From an uncultured Gemmatimonadota bacterium (GTDB lineage: Bacteria; SM23-81; DAOVCL01), in NCBI GenBank assembly GCA_964626665.1, contig CAZVGK010000004.1, forward strand, positions 90,613-154,612: DNA of 64,000 bases, in the 5' to 3' direction. Of this stretch, positions 57,803 through 64,000 are shown in pieces. The position numbers and the translations under genes are program-made. The stretch's first letter is position 1. Each line of letters opens with the position of its first letter. A model generated the notes under the pieces. The model did no database searches. It had not been told where the DNA came from and saw nothing but the letters and a program-made list of their open reading frames with translations.

Positions 57803-59248
57803 CTACCCCTCTACCATATATCGCAGCTTGGTGGCCGTCACCCAGTCATCAGGCGCATCCTGCAATTTGTGGGGGTTGAGGATGTTGTTGGGATCAAGCG
57901 CCTTCTTAATCGCCCTCATCACGGGCAAGAGGTCCTTCCTGGCCTTCTTCCAGGATGGGGCCTTGGAAAGAGCGATCCCATGCTCGCCCGAGGTAACCCC
58001 TCCTATCTTGTCCACATAGGTATAGAGCTCATCCACCACCTTGCGGGCATCCTCCCACTGGCTCCTCTTGGTTACATCCATCATTATCTTGGTGTGGATG
58101 ACCCCTGACCCACAATGGCCATAGACGGACATTATCACATTGTGCCGCTGGGCGATCTCGTGAATCTTCCCCGCACATTCGGCCACCTTGGAGTTAGGCA
58201 CGGCCATATCATCTGCCAAATCGGTGCAGATTATCCCCTCCTGATACCGGGACAAAGAGGCAAAGAGCTTCTTCCTCCCCGTGTATATCTTGGTGCGCTC
58301 CTTCTGGTCATAGCTGGTTTCGATCTCAAAGCCATTGTGCTTCTCGGAGATCTCCTTTATCCTCTCAATCTCGTAATCCACCGCCTCCCTCACCTGGCCA
58401 TCGGCCTCGAAGAGGATGATCGCTGCCACATCGGGCAGGCCCAAGTTCAGGTTCTTGTTCACCGCGGTGATCCCGATGTTGTCCATCAGCTCCAACATCG
58501 ATGGCAAGGCCCCGCTGGCCATCACCGCCGATACCGTCTCCCCAGCATCCTGCAAACTGTTGAACTTGGCCACCCCTAAGCAGCGCAACCTGGGCAGGGG
58601 GACTATCTTCAGCGTAGCCTCCACTACCACTGCCAAGGTTCCCTCCGAGCCCACCATCAACTTCTCCAACTGATAGCCTGAGGTGGATACCCTGGTGTTT
58701 GATCCCAGGTTAACCAGGTCCCCATTGGCCAGGACCACCTTCACCCCCAAGAGGGAATCCCTGGTTGCCCCGTATTTTACCGACCGCATACCGCTGGTGT
58801 TAGCCCCGATCTCCCCCCCAATCGTGGCGATACGCGAGGAGGCCGGGGCCGGCGGCCAGAAGAAGCCATAGGGCTTGAGCGCCCGATTGAGGTCATCATC
58901 GACCACCCCTGGCTCTACCTTGCAGAGCACATCCTGGGGCCTGATCTCTAAAATGCGGTTCATCTGCTTGAAGTCCATAACGATCCCCCCATCTATGGGG
59001 ACCGTATGGCCGGATGTGCTGGAGCCTGCCCCCCGGGGAATGACGGGGATAAGCTCGGCGTTGGCATATCGCAAAATCCGCTGCACCTCCTCTATCGTCC
59101 GCGGCCTGACGACCACCCAGGGGGTGGCCTCATGCACCGAGGCATCTGATCCATAGACATAGAGTTCAGCAGGATTGTCCCTTACATCATCCTCCCCCAC
59201 TATTCCCTTTAGATTTTTGACGAGTGCCTCTTTCATAAATTCCCCCAT
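57803..59248 (-). CDS. FAD-linked 2-hydroxyacid dehydrogenase (GlcD/D-lactate dehydrogenase family)
   Basis: PRGAGSS, ATIGG, KYGATRD, GSEGTL, GEHG, LDPNNILNP. Confidence 0.9.
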   Translation of the reverse strand: MGEFMKEALVKNLKGIVGEDDVRDNPAELYVYGSDASVHEATPWVVVRPRTIEEVQRILRYANAELIPVIPRGAGSSTSGHTVPIDGGIVMDFKQMNRILEIRPQDVLCKVEPGVVDDDLNRALKPYGFFWPPAPASSRIATIGGEIGANTSGMRSVKYGATRDSLLGVKVVLANGDLVNLGSNTRVSTSGYQLEKLMVGSEGTLAVVVEATLKIVPLPRLRCLGVAKFNSLQDAGETVSAVMASGALPSMLELMDNIGITAVNKNLNLGLPDVAAIILFEADGQVREAVDYEIERIKEISEKHNGFEIETSYDQKERTKIYTGRKKLFASLSRYQEGIICTDLADDMAVPNSKVAECAGKIHEIAQRHNVIMSVYGHCGSGVIHTKIMMDVTKRSQWEDARKVVDELYTYVDKIGGVTSGEHGIALSKAPSWKKARKDLLPVMRAIKKALDPNNILNPHKLQDAPDDWVTATKLRYMVEG

Positions 59249-59273
59249 TAGTTTTTATTCTAAATTTAGGTTA

Positions 59274-59302
59274 AAAATAAAGCAAGAATGCCTTCTTGTC
59301 AA
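59274..59302 (-). promoter_or_regulatory. sigma70 promoter for the dehydrogenase-hdr-mvh operon
   Basis: TTGACA-N17-TATTTT. Confidence 0.7.
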
Positions 59303-59482
59303 GAACTATTTTAAATTTTTTTACTAACATTCCGGGGGAACTTTACCCGGATTATCCAGAATTTAGCTCCTTTAACCGGCCTCTATGAGATGTAGATTAT
59401 GAGGATGTTTTTCTGCACAGGTAAAGAGAAAAAAAGGGGATTCCTGTGATACCGGGTTTCGTTATTAAACATTCTGATTTCA

Positions 59483-60727
59483 TCATTTTATCATCGGTAT
59501 CGTTATGCTTCCATCCATCAGAAAGAGAACCTTTACCTCGGGACCCTTCTCCTTTATGGCCCGCTCTACTGCCTCCTGGAGCGAATGGAACGGCCTGATG
59601 AAGACCGCCTCCATCTCCCGGTCAGCAAGTCCGGTTACCCCCCACATCTGGGCCCAGGTGGCTATCTCCGCCATCTTTGCCGCCTTATGGTAGCCTAACT
59701 TATAGCCCTTATCTATCTGCTGCAATGCCTCCTGCGGGGTTTGGCAACTGGATAGCAGGTCAAAAAAGACCCGATCCCCAATGCCTGTCCTGCATTGGGA
59801 GACCAGGATGAGGATGCCTCCCTTTTTAAGGGCTAATTTCCCATTGTCCAGGGCCTTCTGGGATTGGTATAAATCCACATCCATGGGATAGGGGGCAACT
59901 GAGACAACTATCTCTGCCTTTTCCTCTATCTCCACACAGAACACTTCCTTGGCCTTGGCAATGGCCGCATAAAAGGAGCCATGGATATGCCCGGCAGTGG
60001 CCGCATAAATCCTCCTATCCCTATCCATCACTGTTTGAATAGAGAAAATCTCCTTATCCTTAATCGTTTCCAAAGCATCGATCATATCCTCGTGCACCGG
60101 GTTTCCCTTGAGGGCGAGGGCTCTGGCCTCCGGCTTGAGGGCATACTTGTGGTTCTGTTCTATTGTCCGATAACTGGCGATACCAGGGAGAAAGGATTTC
60201 CTCCCCCCCGTGTAGCCGGCGAAGTAATGGGGCTCCACTGAGCCTATGGGCACAAGCTTATGGGCCTCTACCCCCATCCTGTTCACCCACATCTCGGTGC
60301 CGTTTTTCGACTTCCCGATATAGACCATATCCTCGTCCCTCTTCCCCTCATGCACCCAGATCCTCTCCTTGAACTGCTCATAATACCTGCCGAAGATGAA
60401 TTTGAACTCCTCCTGGGTGGGCCTCCTATGGATTCCTGTGGCTATAATGAACTTAAACTCCTTGCCCTTAATCCGTTCGTAGATAATCTCCAAGATCTTG
60501 GCCGTAGGGGTGGGCCTTGTCCCGTCATTGACGATGAACAAAACATCCTTGGCATCGGAGAGAAACTCCGTGAAGCCCTTAGAATCCACCGGGTTCTCAA
60601 TGGCCTTTACCAGGGTCTCCTCCTCATCCCCTACCATAACCTCATTGGGATAGATAATCCCTGATACATTTCTATCAGGGATTTGAATGAAAATTTTGCC
60701 TTTTCCGTAGGGTACTTTGATTTCCAT
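59483..60727 (-). CDS. larA: LarA-family nickel-pincer racemase/epimerase
   Basis: DGTRPTPT, ATGIHR, EPHYFAGYTGGRKS, IEQNH, YQSQK. Confidence 0.92.
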   Translation of the reverse strand: MEIKVPYGKGKIFIQIPDRNVSGIIYPNEVMVGDEEETLVKAIENPVDSKGFTEFLSDAKDVLFIVNDGTRPTPTAKILEIIYERIKGKEFKFIIATGIHRRPTQEEFKFIFGRYYEQFKERIWVHEGKRDEDMVYIGKSKNGTEMWVNRMGVEAHKLVPIGSVEPHYFAGYTGGRKSFLPGIASYRTIEQNHKYALKPEARALALKGNPVHEDMIDALETIKDKEIFSIQTVMDRDRRIYAATAGHIHGSFYAAIAKAKEVFCVEIEEKAEIVVSVAPYPMDVDLYQSQKALDNGKLALKKGGILILVSQCRTGIGDRVFFDLLSSCQTPQEALQQIDKGYKLGYHKAAKMAEIATWAQMWGVTGLADREMEAVFIRPFHSLQEAVERAIKEKGPEVKVLFLMDGSITIPMIK

Positions 60728-60787
60728 AACAAACATCCTCAATTAAGCAAAAAAAACTAACCTGAAACTTTCATAAACCGCAGCTAA

Positions 60788-61010
60788 ACCCAGCGCGGCA
60801 GCAGCAACCAAAAAACCATTGGGTATCGTTACTCGATCCCCCCGACTCCACACTTCTACCCCCGCTAAAGCCGGGTAGAAGTGTAAAGACCGCATTTGTA
60901 CGACCATCTATTCGTGTAGATTCGTTTATTCGTGTCATTCGTGTTCCAAAGATTCAGTGAAATCCGTGAAATCTGTGTCCCTTGTTTGGTTGCGGCTTTG
61001 CCGTGCTATG
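60788..61010. mobile_element. MITE-like element with nested repeats
   Basis: Ends CAGCGCGGCAGCAGCAACCAAA / TTTGGTTGCGGCTTTGCCGTGCT; internal ATTCGTG 9-mer arrays and CTTCTACCC..GGGTAGAAG hairpin. Confidence 0.65.
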
Positions 61011-61040
61011 TGAATCTGTAGTTCTCGCTGGGCTTGCCCA

Positions 61041-61790
61041 TTAGATCTCCCCACCGCTGGTAATCATATCCAGAAGCTTTCTTGGCCTTTCATCCTCAGG
61101 GTTATATTTAATGGCCAACTTAAGGCTCTCCACCGCTTTACTCCAATCCCGTGCCCCCCAATAGGCCTCCCCTAAATGGTAATGGGCAGTGGTATGTTCA
61201 GGATTTTTCTCGGTTACTTTTTTGAGGTGGGGAATGGCTTCCCGATACTTTCTGCGAGTAAGGTAGATGACCCCCAACCTGTAGTTGGCGATCACCGATT
61301 CCGGGCTTACTTGGAGGAATAACTGGTAATTCTGCAGGGCCTCGTCCATCTTTCCCCGGTAAAAATGGACAACCCCCAGCCAATAATGGGCGATGGCAAA
61401 ATCTGGATCGAGCTCAAGGACCTTCTGCAGCTCCCTCTCCGCATCCCTTAACCTGGCCACCCTGAAGTAGGCGATGGCCAAGGAGTAGTGGGCGTTGGCA
61501 AAATCTGGTTTCAGCTCTATGGCCTTCCGGTAACAGGAAATGGCTTCATTCACCTCGCCCAAAAGGTAGAGGATCTCCCCACAGTTGGTGTTGGCATGTG
61601 CGTCATTGGGGCGGAGCTCCACGACCTTCTTCCCCTCCTTTAGGGCGAGCTTCATCTTCCCCTTGAGGCGATACTCCATTGACCTCCGCACATAACATTC
61701 CGGACAGGGGCTAGCTTGGAGCTCCGTCCCGTCGTAGGGACAATAGACATAATCTTCGGGGAATTCCTTTCCACAGACCTTACAGATCAT
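61041..61790 (-). CDS. Zinc-ribbon + TPR protein
   Basis: CKVCG..CPYDG, CPEC, then about six TPR units. Confidence 0.85.
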   Translation of the reverse strand: MICKVCGKEFPEDYVYCPYDGTELQASPCPECYVRRSMEYRLKGKMKLALKEGKKVVELRPNDAHANTNCGEILYLLGEVNEAISCYRKAIELKPDFANAHYSLAIAYFRVARLRDAERELQKVLELDPDFAIAHYWLGVVHFYRGKMDEALQNYQLFLQVSPESVIANYRLGVIYLTRRKYREAIPHLKKVTEKNPEHTTAHYHLGEAYWGARDWSKAVESLKLAIKYNPEDERPRKLLDMITSGGEI

Positions 61791-62022
61791 TTTACCCCCT
61801 TCTTCGCACCGAAATGCTCAATGGGTTCACTGGGAAAAACAGCTTACCTAAACCCCGCTCATTTATTTACCAACAGGAAGACGACTTACAGGGATAATGC
61901 GCAGAGTTTGTGCCCATTTTCACACAGTCACACTCTTCTTCATCTAAATTAAAAGCGTTTTGGATATTGTCAAGAGCTTTTTTTACAGATGACTAAATTA
62001 TGTCAGCGATCTAAAGGCTAAC

Positions 62023-62040
62023 TTGTGAAAAAATTCACAT
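62023..62040. promoter_or_regulatory. Rex-like operator
   Basis: TTGTGAAAAAATTCACAT, one mismatch to TTGTGAA-N4-TTCACAA; weaker site TTGTGCCCATTTTCACAC at 61908-61925. Confidence 0.65.
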
Positions 62041-62255
62041 TTTCTCCTACTTCTTAAAGGGCGAAATTCTCTTAGCTCTTAACTATGAGCCCTTATCATA
62101 TGCTGAAACCTTCCATCTTAACCTCAGTCCAGCAGCCCTCTCATTGTAACCGGTGGGGCATTGGACCCTTTCTCTTTGCACGGGAAGATCAACCCCTATA
62201 GAGGATCTCAACGAGAAAACTCCAAGTAGCCCTCATCTTAAGCCTCTACCATCAC

Positions 62256-62813
62256 TTACCCCAATGCGTATCTCTTACTTCCTTCCTCATAGATGTTATT
62301 GCCGGCGGCATCAATGGCCACAATCAAAGGGAAGGATTCCACTACCATCTCCCTGATGGCCTCTGGCCCCAAATCCTCATAGGCGACCACCTTCACCTTC
62401 TTTATACTCCTGGCTATCAATGCCCCGGCCCCTCCGGTGGCCGCAAAATAGACCGCCCCATACTTAACCATAGCCTCTACTACCCCCTTATCGCGTGGAC
62501 CCTTCCCGATCATTCCCTTCAAACCCAAGGAGAGAAGCTTAGGGGTAAACGAATCCATCCTCCCGCTGGTCGTGGGCCCGGCAGAGCCGATTACCTGGCC
62601 CGGTTTGGCCGGGGCCGGCCCCACATAGTAGACCACCTGACCTCGCAGGTCAAAGGGGAGTGGTTCTCCCTTCTCGATAAGCTCCATCAGCCTCTCATGG
62701 GCAGTATCCCTTGCCGTGTAAACTATCCCGGAGAGCCTCACCGCATCCCCCGCCCTCAGCTCCCGCACCACCTTCTCCTCCAAGGGTGCCCTCACTTCCT
62801 TGTAAGCTTCCAT
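62256..62813 (-). CDS. Fe-S hydro-lyase (class I fumarase/tartrate dehydratase) beta subunit
   Basis: TARDTAH, GPTTSGRM, GMIGKG, DLGPEA. Confidence 0.93.
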   Translation of the reverse strand: MEAYKEVRAPLEEKVVRELRAGDAVRLSGIVYTARDTAHERLMELIEKGEPLPFDLRGQVVYYVGPAPAKPGQVIGSAGPTTSGRMDSFTPKLLSLGLKGMIGKGPRDKGVVEAMVKYGAVYFAATGGAGALIARSIKKVKVVAYEDLGPEAIREMVVESFPLIVAIDAAGNNIYEEGSKRYALG

Positions 62814-63658
62814 CAGATTACCACCTCTTTGTGTCTGGCCGCATGGCATTGCATATTTATGGCTAAGGGCAGACTGGCGATGTGACAGGGATGGGTCTTT
62901 ATATGCACAGCTAAGGTGGTTATCCTTCCCCCTAACCCCATCGGGCCTATGCCGGTCCCGTTTATCCTCTGCAAAAGTTCCTCCTCCACCTGGGCATATT
63001 CCGGATCAGGGTTCTTCTGGCCAATGGGCAACATTGCCGATTCCTTGGCCAACAGGGCGCACTTCTCGAATGTCCCCCCGATGCCCACCCCCACTATCCC
63101 CGGTGGACATGGGTTGCCCCCGGAATTCCTCACCCAGTCCACCACATAATCCTTTATTCCCTCAATCCCATCAGCCGGCTTCATCATCTTCACCGTGGAC
63201 ATATTCTCGCTCCCTCCGCCCTTGGGGGCAAAAGTTATCTTTAACCTCTCCCCGGGAACGATGCGCAGATGAATCACCGCGGGGGTGTTGTCACCAGTAT
63301 TCACCCGATGGAGGACGGGGTCCCTGTCTATGGATTTCCGCAGGTATCCCTCCCGGTAACCCTGCCTCACCCCCTCATTGATGGCGTCCTCGATATACCC
63401 ACCTTCTAAGTGCACATCCTGCCCCAACTCGATGAAGAAGACGGCAAATCCCGTATCCTGACAGATGGGCACCCTCTCCTTTTGGGCAATCTGGTCATTC
63501 TCGATGATCTGCCTGATCACCTCCTTACCAGCCGGTGATTCCTCCTTTTCCCGGGCCTTCTTCAGGAGCTCCAGCACATCCTGGGGTATGTCGTAGTTGG
63601 CCTCCATGCAGAGCCTCTTCACCTCAGCGGTGATCCTCTGCACATCTATCTCTCTCAT
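62813..63658 (-). CDS. Fe-S hydro-lyase (class I fumarase) alpha subunit
   Basis: PICQDTG, GDNTPA, KGGGSENMS, GNPCPP, CHIASLP, CHAARH. Confidence 0.93.
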   Translation of the reverse strand: MREIDVQRITAEVKRLCMEANYDIPQDVLELLKKAREKEESPAGKEVIRQIIENDQIAQKERVPICQDTGFAVFFIELGQDVHLEGGYIEDAINEGVRQGYREGYLRKSIDRDPVLHRVNTGDNTPAVIHLRIVPGERLKITFAPKGGGSENMSTVKMMKPADGIEGIKDYVVDWVRNSGGNPCPPGIVGVGIGGTFEKCALLAKESAMLPIGQKNPDPEYAQVEEELLQRINGTGIGPMGLGGRITTLAVHIKTHPCHIASLPLAINMQCHAARHKEVVI

Positions 63659-64000
63659 CCCTCTTCCTCCTTTCCATATCGTTGCTCGTTACTTATGCCC
63701 TAATATCCATCACTACTTTAGTGCAACTTCGGGGCATTTACCGGGCTCAAACCGGGTAGAGACCGCAGATCAACAAGATACCACCTTTGGAGATGGGTTG
63801 CTATAATAAGTTGCCCAATAAAAAAAAGCAAGAGCTTTTCTCTTGCTTAATGGGTCAAACCGTAGCACTTAAGGCCATTTATTTCTATTTCTTTTCGTGC
63901 CCCCTCTCTTATGCCCAGCCCTCATCTCAAGAAGCCCCCCCCCTGAATAACCATTCAGTTCAACATCTACAAGCTAAAAGGCAATCGGTTAAAAGCGAAG

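Overview
64 kb of an anaerobic bacterium. A T9SS-type C-terminal sorting domain, an Omp85-PD40 protein and DUF6249 suggest an FCB-superphylum lineage (inference). The left half holds housekeeping and envelope genes: PmbA/TldE, DUF192, an ECF sigma/anti-sigma/Spy-CpxP operon, mreB, REC-GGDEF, murA, lysS, prfB with its +1 frameshift and a TIGR03960-type radical SAM gene. It also has a defence hotspot where an AbiE-like pair and a methyltransferase plus frameshifted PvuII-like nuclease each follow a copy of the radical-SAM gene's 3' end. The right ~35 kb (29033-63658) is a single minus-strand energy supercluster: fumarase alpha/beta, TPR, LarA racemase, GlcD/GlcF-like hydroxyacid dehydrogenase, HdrCBA, a degenerate double HdrA, four MvhD, two FdhB-like proteins, a GlcF/HdrA chimeric ferredoxin, MvhGA and protease; then an AT-rich HdrA-MvhD*/HdrC/HdrB/soluble fumarate reductase module, sucCD and korDABC. 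The best candidates for new biology are (i) an Hdr-coupled soluble fumarate reductase and hydroxyacid-dehydrogenase-to-hydrogenase wiring, and (ii) a family of four-helix-bundle/GxxExxY inserts at operon gene junctions, bracketed by mutually complementary 7-9-mer tandem repeats and present as intact, decayed and empty copies. No rRNA, tRNA or CRISPR array was recognised. All family assignments come from motif recognition by eye, not database searches.
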